From assembly GCA_963707915.1 (NCBI GenBank), contig OY970178.1, positions 896,001 to 960,000 on the forward strand: a stretch of 64,000 nucleotides of DNA. Direction: 5' to 3'. Source of the DNA: Candidatus Eiseniibacteriota bacterium (GTDB taxonomy: Bacteria; Eisenbacteria; RBG-16-71-46). Below, piece by piece: positions 27,795 to 38,532 of this stretch. A program made the position numbers and the translations under genes. The notes below the pieces were generated by a model. The model had not been told where the DNA came from. It did not search any database and saw only the letters and a program-made list of their open reading frames with translations. How positions within the stretch are numbered: the stretch's first letter is position 1; every line of letters starts with the position of its first letter.

Positions 27795-30449
27795 ATGCGA
27801 CGCCTGTCTCTCATCCAGTTCGCGGCCCTCGCCCTCCCGGCGTTCCTCGCGGCTCCGGCCGCTCGTGCCGCGTGGCCGACCAACCCGGCCATCAACACGC
27901 CGGTCTGCACGGCGAACAACTTCCAGGGATTCCTCGCCGCCGCGCCCGACAGTTGCGGCGGCGTCATCACGGCATGGCAGGACGCGCGCGGGACCGGCGG
28001 AGACACGCTGGTCTACATCCAGCGCGTCGACTTCTTCGGGCAGGCGCGCTGGACGCCGGGGGGATTCCCGGTCGCCCCGGTCTCGCCGGGAGCGCAGGGC
28101 CCGCCCTCCATCTGCCCGGACGGCGCGGGGGGCGCATTCGTCGCCTGGGGCGAACAACGATTGGCGACCCAGGCCCACGACGTCTACATCCAGCACGTCC
28201 TCGCCAGCGGCATCACGGACCCGGCCTGGCCGGTGGACGGGATCGCCCTCACCGCGATCCCGGGTCAGCAGTGGTACCCGGAGGTAGTGGCGGACGGCGC
28301 GGGCGGCGCCATCGCGGCCTGGTCCGACGAGCGCGGCAACGTGGACTATCGCCCCGATCTCTACGCGCAGCGCATCTCCGCCACGGGCGCGATCCTGTGG
28401 GCCGCCGACGGGGTCCCGCTGGTGGCCGAGCCGGGCGAGCAGCAGGTCTTCCACCTCGGCACCGTCGGGATGACGTACTACCACACGCTCGCCTCCGACG
28501 GAGGCGGCGGAGTCATCGGCGTGTGGCGGGATCTGCGCACCGGTCGTGGAGTGGAACGGGCGCAGCGGCTCGCCGGCCCCACCGGCGCCCCGATGTGGAC
28601 GCCGGGCGGCGTCGTCCTCGCGGCGACCAGCAACGACCAGGGGAACGCGTGCGTCGTCGCCGACGCCGGGCGAGCCATCTTCGCGTGGGAGGACGCGCGC
28701 GGCGGCGGCGGGTGTTGCGGCGGAGAACCCGACATCTACGCCCAATCCCTCTCCCCGGGGGGCGCGGTGCTGTGGGCCCCCGCCGGCGTCGCCGTCTGCA
28801 CTGCGCCACAGGTGCAGGACCTCCCGATCGCCGCGGCTGACGGACTGGGTGGCGCCATCATCGGGTGGACGGACGCGCGCGCGACCCCGACCCCGTTCGG
28901 TCCGGGGGACATCTATGCGCAGCGCCTCGACGCCGGCGGGACCCCGCTGTGGACCCCCGGCGGAGTGGCGCTGTGCACCGCCCCGGTCAACCAGTACGCC
29001 CTGGACATCGTTCCGGACGCGAAGAACGGCGCGATCGTGACGTGGATCGACGACCGCAATTCCGCGGGCTACTCCCTCTACGCGCAGCACGTGGATGCCG
29101 CGGGCACGACCCTCTGGGCGACCGACGGCCAGGTCGTCACCTCGAACGTGCTGGACCCCACCGCCGGCGGCCCGCGGGCCGTGCCGGACGGAGCGGGCGG
29201 GGCGGTCTTCGCCTGGGAGGATTGGCGGACCTCCGGTACGAACTACACGGACATCTACGCGCAGCAGGTCGGCATCTCGGGCCTGGTCGGCGTCCGCGGC
29301 CCCTCCCGCTACTGCCTGCCCGACGTCTGCGGTCACGCCTACGTGGACTTCGGTGACGCCCCCGAGGGGATCCCGGCGTACGCGTCCGGCGCGTTCGGCC
29401 ACTTCCCCACCTGCCTCGCGCAGACGGCGGCCGGGACCCAGGAGATCGCCTGCGGCGCCGCCCCGGGCACCGCACCGGGACCGACCGGCTACGTGCGGCA
29501 CGACGGCACTTCGCCCAACGCGGTCGGCTTCGGGCTGGGCTGCGGGCCCGCCAACGCCCAGGGGCTCGCGGTCGACAACGACCTGGACGGCACCGTGAAC
29601 GCGACCGCGTCCCCGCCCTTCGTCATCCCGAGCGAGACCAGCGCCTGCTCGCCCGCGGTCGCGTTGTACGAATACGAGCGTGGCGGCGGCGGGCTGTGGT
29701 TCGGCGCGGACGAGATCCCGGGGGATGCGGACGCCGGTCTCGCCACCCCGGACACGATGCCGGCGTGCCGCCTGGCCGCGCTGAAGTTCAAGGCCTGGAG
29801 CTGCGGGCAGGGGACGCTCACCGTGTACCTGAACGTTCTCGTGGACTGGAGCCAGGACGGTGACTGGAACGACGTCGTCGCGTGCGGCACTGCGGCGGGC
29901 CCGTCGTGCGTGCCGGAATGGGCGGTCAAGAACCAGGCCATCCAGCTGGTGCCGGGATGCAACGCGACGATGTCGCAGTACTTCACGGCGGGGCCCAACG
30001 CGGGCCCGTCCTGGATGCGCGTGACGCTCACGAGCTCGGCGGTCTCCGACGAGTTCCCCTGGGCGGGCTCCGCCAATGTCCCGGGAGGCTCGTTCCAGGG
30101 CGGCGAGACGGAGGATTATCCGGTGACCGTCGTCGCGCCCACGCTGGCCGTGGATGATGCGGGCCGGCCAGGCGCGCTGGCGTTCGCGGCGATCACGCCG
30201 AATCCGATGAGGGAGACCGCCGAGCTGCGCTTCACGCTCGCGCAAGCCGGGGACGTCGCCCTCGTCCTCTTCGACCTGGCGGGCCGCCGCGTGCGCTCGC
30301 TCGCCGCGGGCCGGTTCGAGGCGGGGAGCCACGAGGCCCGATGGGACGGCCGCGACGACGCCGGCGCCGTGGCGCCCAGCGGATTCTACTTCGCCCGGCT
30401 GGCGACGGAGGGCCGCACCCTGTCGCGACCCCTGATCCGGCTGCACTGA
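27795..30449 (+). CDS. large secreted protein: 8-repeat beta-propeller + GEVED-like domain + FlgD-Ig/T9SS-like C-terminal domain
   Basis: Signal ending ARA; eight DGxGGAxxxWxDxR...DIYAQ repeats; DFGDAPE, VDWSQDGDWND, GETEDY; tail PNP...WDGRDDAG...GFYFARL. Confidence 0.8.
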   Translation: MRRLSLIQFAALALPAFLAAPAARAAWPTNPAINTPVCTANNFQGFLAAAPDSCGGVITAWQDARGTGGDTLVYIQRVDFFGQARWTPGGFPVAPVSPGAQGPPSICPDGAGGAFVAWGEQRLATQAHDVYIQHVLASGITDPAWPVDGIALTAIPGQQWYPEVVADGAGGAIAAWSDERGNVDYRPDLYAQRISATGAILWAADGVPLVAEPGEQQVFHLGTVGMTYYHTLASDGGGGVIGVWRDLRTGRGVERAQRLAGPTGAPMWTPGGVVLAATSNDQGNACVVADAGRAIFAWEDARGGGGCCGGEPDIYAQSLSPGGAVLWAPAGVAVCTAPQVQDLPIAAADGLGGAIIGWTDARATPTPFGPGDIYAQRLDAGGTPLWTPGGVALCTAPVNQYALDIVPDAKNGAIVTWIDDRNSAGYSLYAQHVDAAGTTLWATDGQVVTSNVLDPTAGGPRAVPDGAGGAVFAWEDWRTSGTNYTDIYAQQVGISGLVGVRGPSRYCLPDVCGHAYVDFGDAPEGIPAYASGAFGHFPTCLAQTAAGTQEIACGAAPGTAPGPTGYVRHDGTSPNAVGFGLGCGPANAQGLAVDNDLDGTVNATASPPFVIPSETSACSPAVALYEYERGGGGLWFGADEIPGDADAGLATPDTMPACRLAALKFKAWSCGQGTLTVYLNVLVDWSQDGDWNDVVACGTAAGPSCVPEWAVKNQAIQLVPGCNATMSQYFTAGPNAGPSWMRVTLTSSAVSDEFPWAGSANVPGGSFQGGETEDYPVTVVAPTLAVDDAGRPGALAFAAITPNPMRETAELRFTLAQAGDVALVLFDLAGRRVRSLAAGRFEAGSHEARWDGRDDAGAVAPSGFYFARLATEGRTLSRPLIRLH

Positions 30450-30555
30450 GCCGCGGAGGCGGGTCGCCCGGCGCCGGGCCCGGGCGACCCGTCCGCACGC
30501 CGGCCGGTCGCGCGCCGACGCCGCGCGCGGCCGGCGGTCGCGAGCGCGGCCCCGC

Positions 30556-32889
30556 TCAGCCTCCGGCCTCCGGCACGCCGCGGACCCGCCACAGCCGCTC
30601 GGCGGCCAGGAGCCCGAACGCCGCCAGGTAGAGGGCCGCACCGGCCAGCAGCGCTACGCGGAACCCGTACGAGAACGCGCACAACACGATCAGCGTGGCC
30701 CCCAGCACGGAGCCGACGCCGTTCACCGCGAAGCCCCAGTCCACCAGCGGCCCGACGCGCAGCACGCCGCGCGGGAACGGCATGCCCATGAAGAAGCCGA
30801 GCGGGGCGATCAACGCCACGGTCACCAGCATCCGAGCGGACAGCGGCAGGACGCTCAGCGCCCCGGTGATGACCGGGAACACGCTCGCGTCGAGCAGCAG
30901 CCAGCCGGCGATGGCGAGAAACGCGGTGCGCGGCGCCACCCGGGCCGCGGACCGGCTGCCGACGCCCGCGGCCACCAGCAGCGTGAGCAGCACCGTCGCC
31001 GTGCCGTAGACCGAGGCGCCGAGGAACAGCGTGTACTTCTGGATCAGGATCACCTCGACCGACATGAAGGCCATCCCGACCAGCAGGAAGTAGAGCCACC
31101 CGGCGGCGGGCAGTCGCTCGCGGCTGGTCAGGTAGGGCAGCAGCACGAGCGGGAGCACGAGCACGCCGACCACGGCCAGGATGATGAGGATGATGAGCCG
31201 CGAGATCGGCAGCCCGGTGAGGTCGGAGTACGGGCTCACCCTGGCCAGCTTCTCCCGGGTGAGGTTGCGCCACAGCCCCATCTGCGCGATGAAGGGCCGG
31301 TCGTCGGTGCACGGCGAGACCGCGACGTGGGCGGTGTCCGCGACCGGCCGCCAGCCGCGGGTGACGATCTGGTTGATGATCCGGCCCTTGAGGGAGTCCG
31401 GCGCCGGGTACACCAGAACGATGTGTCCCCGGCGCTCGGGCGTGAGCGGACCGTACGCCCGGTAGCGGATCTCGTCGGTGAGCGGCCGCTTCGAGACCAG
31501 CAGGACGTGGCGGCGCAGCGCCGGCAGCCGGTAGACGGCGAAGTGCTCCTCCGGCTTCTCCACGCCCAACTGGCGGAGCGCGTCGATGACCTCGCTGACC
31601 AGCCGCGGCATGTACATCTGGTGCTCGATGGACAGGAAGCCGCCGTCGCCGAGGGCGTTCCAGTAGTCCTTGAAGGCCTCGGTCGTGAACAGGTAGTTCT
31701 CGGCGAGCGCGAAGGCACCGGAGCCGAGCGCCGCCCAGGTGTTCGAGCTGAGGGAGTAGATGACGTCGAACCCGCCGCGGTGGCGGCGCACGTAGCTGCG
31801 TGCGTCCTCGGTGACGACCTTCACCCGCGGGTCGCGGTAGAGATGACCCGAGTAGGCCGCGCAGGTGACGATCCGCCCGGCCGAATCCAGCGTGGTGGAG
31901 TCGCGCACCACGTAGCCCGACGGGTCCCCCACCAGCATCATGCGGTTGATCTGCGGGATGACCTCGACGGCGTGGACCTCGGCGGCCCCCTTCTCCAGCG
32001 CCTGCAGGACGTCGGAGCCGCCGCCCGAGCCGAGCGAGAGGAACCGGCACCGCGGGAAGCGATCCACCAGGTAGCCGACGTCGATGTCCCAGCGCGTGTA
32101 GGTGGTATCGCGTCCCAGCGTCTTCCAGTCCCCGTCGAAGGGGAGCACCGGGGTGTTCGCGACGTTGTCGATGTTGATGCCCCGGGCCTGGCCCTCGTAG
32201 TCGTAGATCTTGAGCTTGGCCATGGCGTCCCAGTGCCGGTAGATCACCGGGGCGCGTTCCTCGCGCCGCGCCTCGAGCAGGCCCTCCGCGCGCGCGCCGA
32301 ACGCGGCCGCCGCGACGACCAGCACGAGCGGGACCGCCTTCTGCCAGCCGCGGCCCGCGAGCAGCGCGGCGACCAGCGCCGGCAGCGGGACCCAGGCCAC
32401 CGCCGTCGGCGTGCCCAGCGCGTTCATCCCGGCGACCGCGGCGACCACGCCGAGGCCGGCTCCGAGCAGGTCGGCCATGTAGAGCTTCGGGATCTCCGCG
32501 CTGTCCTGCTTGAAGATCATCGACAGGGCCAGGCCGCCGAAACCGAACGGCAGCCCGAGCACGAGGATGGTCAGCACGAACCGGCCGATCATGGACCACT
32601 GGCTGAAGAGCAGCGCGAAGTCCACGCCGATGCGGAACGCGAGTGGCGGACCGATCAGCGCCGCCGCGCCTGCCAGGGACAGGACGAGGCCGAGATGGCG
32701 CTCGCGGTCGAGCCCGCGGATCAGGCGCAGGGCCAGCGCCCCGAGCCCGAGTCCCAGCACGGCGAGCGAGAGCGTCAGGAACGCGAAGGTGTAGAAGAAC
32801 TCGGCGGAGAACAGCCGCGTCCAGACGAGCTCCAGCGCGACGAGCGTGATCGAGACCAGGGCCACGACGAGCGGCTGCGTGGACTTCAT
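30556..32889 (-). CDS. polytopic membrane protein with a central spermidine-synthase-like SAM-binding domain
   Basis: LELVWTRLFS, LYMADLLGAG, LGSGGGSDV, AVEV, EDARSY, ENYLFTTEAF, GFFMGMPFP, WGFAVNG. Confidence 0.78.
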   Translation of the reverse strand: MKSTQPLVVALVSITLVALELVWTRLFSAEFFYTFAFLTLSLAVLGLGLGALALRLIRGLDRERHLGLVLSLAGAAALIGPPLAFRIGVDFALLFSQWSMIGRFVLTILVLGLPFGFGGLALSMIFKQDSAEIPKLYMADLLGAGLGVVAAVAGMNALGTPTAVAWVPLPALVAALLAGRGWQKAVPLVLVVAAAAFGARAEGLLEARREERAPVIYRHWDAMAKLKIYDYEGQARGINIDNVANTPVLPFDGDWKTLGRDTTYTRWDIDVGYLVDRFPRCRFLSLGSGGGSDVLQALEKGAAEVHAVEVIPQINRMMLVGDPSGYVVRDSTTLDSAGRIVTCAAYSGHLYRDPRVKVVTEDARSYVRRHRGGFDVIYSLSSNTWAALGSGAFALAENYLFTTEAFKDYWNALGDGGFLSIEHQMYMPRLVSEVIDALRQLGVEKPEEHFAVYRLPALRRHVLLVSKRPLTDEIRYRAYGPLTPERRGHIVLVYPAPDSLKGRIINQIVTRGWRPVADTAHVAVSPCTDDRPFIAQMGLWRNLTREKLARVSPYSDLTGLPISRLIILIILAVVGVLVLPLVLLPYLTSRERLPAAGWLYFLLVGMAFMSVEVILIQKYTLFLGASVYGTATVLLTLLVAAGVGSRSAARVAPRTAFLAIAGWLLLDASVFPVITGALSVLPLSARMLVTVALIAPLGFFMGMPFPRGVLRVGPLVDWGFAVNGVGSVLGATLIVLCAFSYGFRVALLAGAALYLAAFGLLAAERLWRVRGVPEAGG

Positions 32890-33276
32890 GCCGGGCTCCC
32901 CCGTGCGATCGCCCGTTTCCCGGGCGGCCGCGGCCGCGGCTGCGCGAGACGGGCGGTGGTGGTGCGACGCCTGCGAGCCCCCGTGCCGGCCTGCTGCCCG
33001 AGCGTTCCCCGGGTGATCGCCCGGGAAGCGCCGCTCGGGTGGCCGTCGAGGCTCCGTGATCGGAGTGACCACGTCCGATGCTAGGCCGGTGCGGGGCGCG
33101 CGGGGAGCGCCGCGCGGCGGGGGCGGGCAAACGCCGGACGGACGCCGCCGAAGCCCGGACCGCCGCCGGGGCCGCCGCCACGCCTCGCGCGCGTGCGCCG
33201 TCGGCGGGGAACGCCGCGCGGCGCGGCGCCCGGTGGGGCGTCCGCGCCGCGGGTGACCCGGCCGGCGGTCTTCCGG

Positions 33277-35950
33277 TCAGGCCGCCATCGCCTCGCCGTC
33301 CTCCGCCGCTTCGTCATCGCGAACGATGGCGATGGCCTCGCGCACGTCCGCCGTCATCTTCCGCTCGTCCCTCAGGCTCTCCATCACGGCGTCCGCCTGC
33401 TTCAGGAGGAACCGCAGCGAACCCGCCTTCTCGACCGCCTGGTCGACCATGGCCTTCTGCCCCTGGAGCGCCTCGAGGCTCGACCGGACGTCGGCCAGGA
33501 ACCCTTCCGCGCGCGCCAGCCGCTCCTCGGCCATGGTCATCTGCCGCCGGCGCTCGTTGAGCTCGTCGGTGGCGTTGCGAATCTCCTTCAGCCGCGCCAT
33601 GACATCGTCGAGCAGGCCGCGACTCTCCGCGATCTCCCGGCTGGCCGTGGTGATCGTGCGGACGTCGGCGGAGGTCTTCTCGGCCATCGTGAACATCCGC
33701 TCGAGGTCACCCTGGAGCGCCTGGACGGTGCCCTGGCGCGCGGCGATCTGCTCCAGCGAGCGGGAGACCGCCTCGTCCACGCGCTCCCAGTCCGCCAGCC
33801 GCGCCTCGAAGCGGTCGAGGCGCTCGTCGACGATGCGCAGGTCGGCCACGCGCTCCTCGAGCACGCCGGACGTCCCGGCCACGCCGGCCGCCCGCTCGTC
33901 TGCCGAGTCGAGCGCGGCGCCGAGCCGCCCGGTCAGGTCCTCGAGCTGCTGGGCCGAGGCCGCGGCGTCCTGCCGCAGCTTCGACACCCGCTGGAGCTTC
34001 TTCGCCGCCTCCTCCAGCGCGCGCTGCCGCTGGTCGAGCTCCTCCCCCAGCGCGCGGGTGCGCTCGGCCAGGCCCTCGACCGACTCGCAGCGCGCCTCGG
34101 AAGCCGCCACGGTCTTCGAGGTCAGCGCGGCCTTGCGCGACGCCTCGCGCACGCTGGTCACCACCTCGGCGACCGTCTGGCTGACGCGATCGGCCTCCTC
34201 GGCGTGCCCGGCGAGCGCGACGAAGCGCTGCTCGGCCGCCTCCGTGCGGGTCCGCAGCTGGCGGACCCGTTCGTCCAGGTCCGCGCCCAGGGCCCCGATC
34301 TCCGCGACCTGCCGGTGCAGGGCCTCGACGAACTCCCGCCGCGACTCGATCGACGCCATCGACTCGGTGATGCGCTGGGTCTGCTCCTGCACGACCCCGA
34401 GCGTCGGCACCAGGTCCTGCAGCCCGCCGACCTGGCCGCGCAGCTCCTCCAGCGACCGCTCCACGCCCGCCAGCCACGACCGGGTCTCCGACTGGCCCTT
34501 CCACATCCGCTCGAGCTCGCCGTGCGCCACCTGCGCCTGCTCGAGCGAGTCGCTCACCATGGCGTGGGTGCGGTTCAGCACCTCGAGGTCGACCAGCACC
34601 CCGTCCACCGTGGGCCGGGCCGCCTCGATCCGCGCGACCTGCGACTCGAGGTCGCGGGCCGTCCGGCCGGCCTCGTCGAGCTCCCGGCGGATGAGGTGGG
34701 CCTTCTTCACTTCCTCGTCGAGCTGGCCAGCCTCGGTCACGAGCCCGTCCACCTGGGCGGCCAGCGCCTGCGTCCTGGATTCCAGGTCGCTCACCGTCCG
34801 GCTCGACTCCTGCAGGTCCCTGAACCGCTGCTCGAAGTCCGCGAGCGTGCCGCGCAGGTCGGCGACGCGCTGGCTGACCGATTCGAGGCCCTTGCCCTCG
34901 AAGTCGAACCGCTCGACCGCGTTCTTCATCCCGTCCTGCGCCGCGGTCAGCTCGTGGCGGATGATCCCGACCTGCTCCTCGGTCTGGTTCTGGATGTGGA
35001 TGACCTCGGTGGACCGCTCCAGCACCTGCTCGTGCAGCGCCTTCAGCGCGGTGACCGCGTCCTGCATGGCGCCCAGGGTCTTCTCGTTCTCCTGCTGCTG
35101 CCGCACGCCGGCGTCGATCTGCCGCATCGAGCGCTCGAGGCCTTCGGCCTGCGAGATGGCCCGGTCGACGGCTTCGCGCTGCGCCTCCAGGGCCGAGGTC
35201 TTCTGCGCCAGCGAGTCACCCAGGGCCTTCAACGTCCCCAGTTCGCGCTTCACGGCGTCGACCGTCTGGCGGACGCCGTCCATCCCGCGCACCGCCTGGT
35301 CGACCCCGACGACCCGCCGCTCCTTGTCCTGCAGGTCGCGGCCGAGCTCGTCGCGCCGCCGGTCGAGCGCTTCCATCTTCGACGTGGCGAGCTTGTGCGC
35401 GTCCATGAGCCGCTCGTGCTGCTCGCGCAGGCGGGCCAGCTGTTCGCCGGTGCCCTCGACCTGCCCGCGCAGCGCGGCGGCCTCGTCCCGCAGGACCTGG
35501 AACGGCTTGTCGACCTCGAGGAACGCTTCCAGCCCGTCCTTCAGGCTGGCGGCGAGCTCCACCTTCCGGCTCAGTTCCTCGAACACCTCGCGGACACGCT
35601 GCGAGTCCTCGAGCACGGTGGCGAAACGGGACTCGGCCTGCTGCTGGTCCCGCGCCAGGCACGGCGGAGCGCTCGTCCAGCGCCTGGACCAGGGCCGAGA
35701 TCGGCGCGACCGCCTCGAGGCTGCGTTCCAGGTCGCGCATGCGCGCGTTCACCGCGGTGACGTCGCTCTCCACCCGGGCGATCGGCTCGCCGAGCTGTTC
35801 GAGCCGGTCGGCCGCCGCGCGCGAGTCGGGGATCAGGGCCTCGAGGCGTTCGCGTTCTTCCTGCATCCGCTGCAACAGCGCGCGCAGTTCCCCGGCGACG
35901 TCCTGGTCCTTCGTGCCGTCGCCGAACAGGTTCCTGAGGAGAGAGGCCAT
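33277..35950 (-). CDS. ~890-aa all-helical coiled-coil protein; frameshift near 35660
   Basis: ATG 35950 (MASLLRNLFG...LDERSA) continues into LARDQQQAESRFATVLEDSQ and the 779-aa E/R/L/A/Q-rich ORF. No Walker motifs or TM segments. Confidence 0.8.
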
Positions 35951-36080
35951 CGAGATACTCCCTGGGACGCGCCGCGCGGTCGGCCCGGTCCGGGCCGCCG
36001 CCGCGGCGATGAGGTGAGGTTCCCGCCCCCCATGGCCTGCCCACGGGGACCGAGGTCGCGGTCGTACGGCCAGGATCGAT

Positions 36081-36097
36081 TGCAAGAGACAGACCCT
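36081..36097 (-). promoter_or_regulatory. possible sigma54 (-24/-12) promoter for the coiled-coil gene
   Basis: The minus strand reads AG-GG-TCTGTCTCTT-GC-A (GG-N10-GC with TTGCA), about 130 nt upstream of the ATG. Confidence 0.3.
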
Positions 36098-36518
36098 TCC
36101 GCGGAAGCGCCGCCCCGAAATCGCCCACCGTTCCGCGCGGGGCGCCGCACGCCGCGCCCGGTCGTCCAAGCCACGATCGCAGAGCGACTTCGGGCGGGAG
36201 GCCCGCGCACCGCCGCTGCCGCCCGGGTGGCAGCCCGCCGGGCCGGGTCCGGGAGCGGGACTTCCGGGCGCCAACAATTGCACCGCGGGAACCGGGCATC
36301 CGGCCGGGAGCCGGTCGGTGGGCGGTCCCCGGCCGGGCACGGAAGCCGGCTCACGAGCGAGGCCGCCGCCATCCGTCAAGCCCGCGTGATTTCGTCTCCC
36401 GCCGGCACGAATCGAACTCCGCACACCCCGACCCGGCATCACGATGAGACAGGACGAGACTCCGGGGATGGGACATTCCGTTCCTCCCCGCTCGTAGTAC
36501 GAGCGAGGCGATCGAGCC

Positions 36519-37029
36519 ATGAGACCACGGATGTTCCCCGCGCCCGCGCTGCTGCTGCTGCTGGCTGGCGCTCCCGGCGGCCGCCCGGCCGGCCGCGCAC
36601 GCGCCTGCGCCCGGTGACGCCGCGCCCGCCTTCGACCTCCCCGCGCGCGACGGCACGGTCTCGCTGGACTCCCTGAGGGGACGCGTCGTGTACGTCGACT
36701 TCTGGGCCTCGTGGTGCGAGCCCTGCAGGCGCTCGTTCCCCTGGCTGGAGAGCCTGCACCGACGCTACGCGGAGCGCGGGCTCACGATCGTCGCGATCGA
36801 CCTCGACAAGGACCGGCACGCGGCGGACGCGTTCCTCCGGAGGTTCCCCGCCAGGTTCACCGTCGCCTTCGATCCCGCCGGGAGGACCGCCGAGGCCTAC
36901 CGGGTGTCCGCCATGCCGTCGAGCTTCCTCATCGGGCCGACCGGCGCCCTGCTGTCGTCCCACGCCGGCTTCGACCCACGCCAGGCCGCCGCGGTCGAGG
37001 CCCTCATCCAGGAGGCCTGCGCTCGATGA
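36519..37029 (+). CDS. TlpA-family thiol:disulfide oxidoreductase; frameshift near 36560 in the signal region
   Basis: PGDAAPAFDL, LRGRVVYVDFWASWCEPCRRSFP, AMPSSFLI. Confidence 0.9.
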
Positions 37030-37264
37030 CCCGAGCCACCGGACCGGCTCCTGCACGCCGCGCTGCTCCTCGCGCTCGCCGGCCTGGCCGGCGGATGCGC
37101 CGCGACCGCCGTGCGCCCGTGGGACCGCGACCTGCTCGCCCAGAAGCAGATGCGGCTCACGCCGCCGCCGCATGGTGAGCGCGGTGGATGACCACATCTA
37201 CTTCAGCAAGGAAGGCTCGACCGGCGGGATGGACGTCGGAGGCGGCGGCTGCGGATGCAACTGA
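37026..37264 (+). CDS. DUF4266-family small lipoprotein; two frameshifts
   Basis: Reconstructed as LLLALAGLAGGC-AATAVRPWDRDLLAQKQM...DDHIYFSKEGSTGGMDVGGGGCGCN*. Confidence 0.85.
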
Positions 37265-38524
37265 CCCCCGCGCTGCGCACCTCGTCGCTGCGCGCCCGGC
37301 TGGGCGCCGCTGCCTGCCTGCTGCTGGCGACCGGCGCGCCCGCGGTCGCGCGGGCGGAGTCCGGCGCGACCACGCAGATCGACGCCAGCGCGCTGCTCTA
37401 CGGCGAGAAGGGCCGCACGCACGTCGCGCGAGCCCACCGCGCGGATCACGCGCCTCTTCGCCGACGGCCAGTCGCTCTCGGCCCAGCTCGGCGTCGACGT
37501 GATCACCGGGGCCTCGCCGACCGGCGCCTCCCCCACCGAGACGGCCCAGACCATCACCAGCGCGTCCGGTTCGGTCACCACGGTCCCGGCCGGGCAGGTC
37601 CGGCTGAACGCGTTCCGGGACACCCGCACCGCCGCGGACCTCGAATGGCAGAAGCCGTTCCTGCGCTCCTTCCTCGCCACCATCGGCGGGCACGTGTCGC
37701 GGGAGAAGGACTACCAGCTCCCTCGGCGTCAACGGGAAGCTCGCGCTGGACCTCCTGCAGCGCCGCACCACGCTCACCGTGGGCGGCGGGGTCAATCGCG
37801 ACCGCGTGCTTCCCGACCGGGCGGAATCCCGGCCGGCCTGTCCGAGGAAGGCGCGGCCTCCGGCCCGGGCTCGTCGCCCAAGGACGTCTCCTCGGTGGCG
37901 CTCGGCCTGTCCCAGGTCGTCAGCCGCAGGTGGCTGGTGGGGCTGAACGCCACGCGCACGCTCGAGCGGGGCTACCTGACCGAGCCCTACAAGGTGCTGA
38001 GCCTGCTGGACGGCACGACCGGGCTGCCGACCGGCCAGCTGACCGAGCGGCGCCCCGCATCGCGCGAGCGGGGCAGCCTGCTCGCGAGCTCGGTCTACCA
38101 CCTGACCGACGACGTGGTCTTCCTCTCCTACCGCTACTACCGCGACGACTGGCGGATCCGCTCGCACACGCTCGACGCCCGCTACCGGCGCGAGCTGGGA
38201 GGCGGCCGCTACCTGGAGCCGCACCTGCGCTACTACTCGCAGTCCCCCGCGGCCTTCTACCGGTCCGCGCTGGTGGACGGCGCCCCGCTGCCGGAGTTCG
38301 CGACCGCCGACTACCGGCTGGGACCGCTGCGGAGCGCGACCCTGGGCGCGACCTTCGGCTTCCGCATCCCCGATCAGCCGGGCGAGTGGACCGTCCGCGC
38401 GGAGTACATCCGTCAGTTCGGCGACGGCCACCCGGCCGACGCCGTCGGCGTCCAGCGCGGGTTCGACCTCTTCCCCGCCGTCGACATCGGCTCGCTGCTG
38501 GTCGGCTACTCCATCGAGTTCTGA
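37255..38524 (+). CDS. DUF3570-family outer-membrane beta-barrel; frameshifts near 37430 and 37720-37815
   Basis: MQL start inside ATGCAACTGA; DVITGASP, FRDTR, SREKDY, GYLTEPYK, YRYYRDDWRIRSHT, ADYRL; ends YSIEF. Confidence 0.85.
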
Positions 38525-38532
38525 GGCGAGCC

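Noticed and set aside
33193..36676. Very long plus-strand ORFs (855 and 1116 aa) opposite the coiled-coil gene
   Set aside because: These are antisense shadows of a high-GC coding strand, with S/R-rich low-complexity translations and no motifs.
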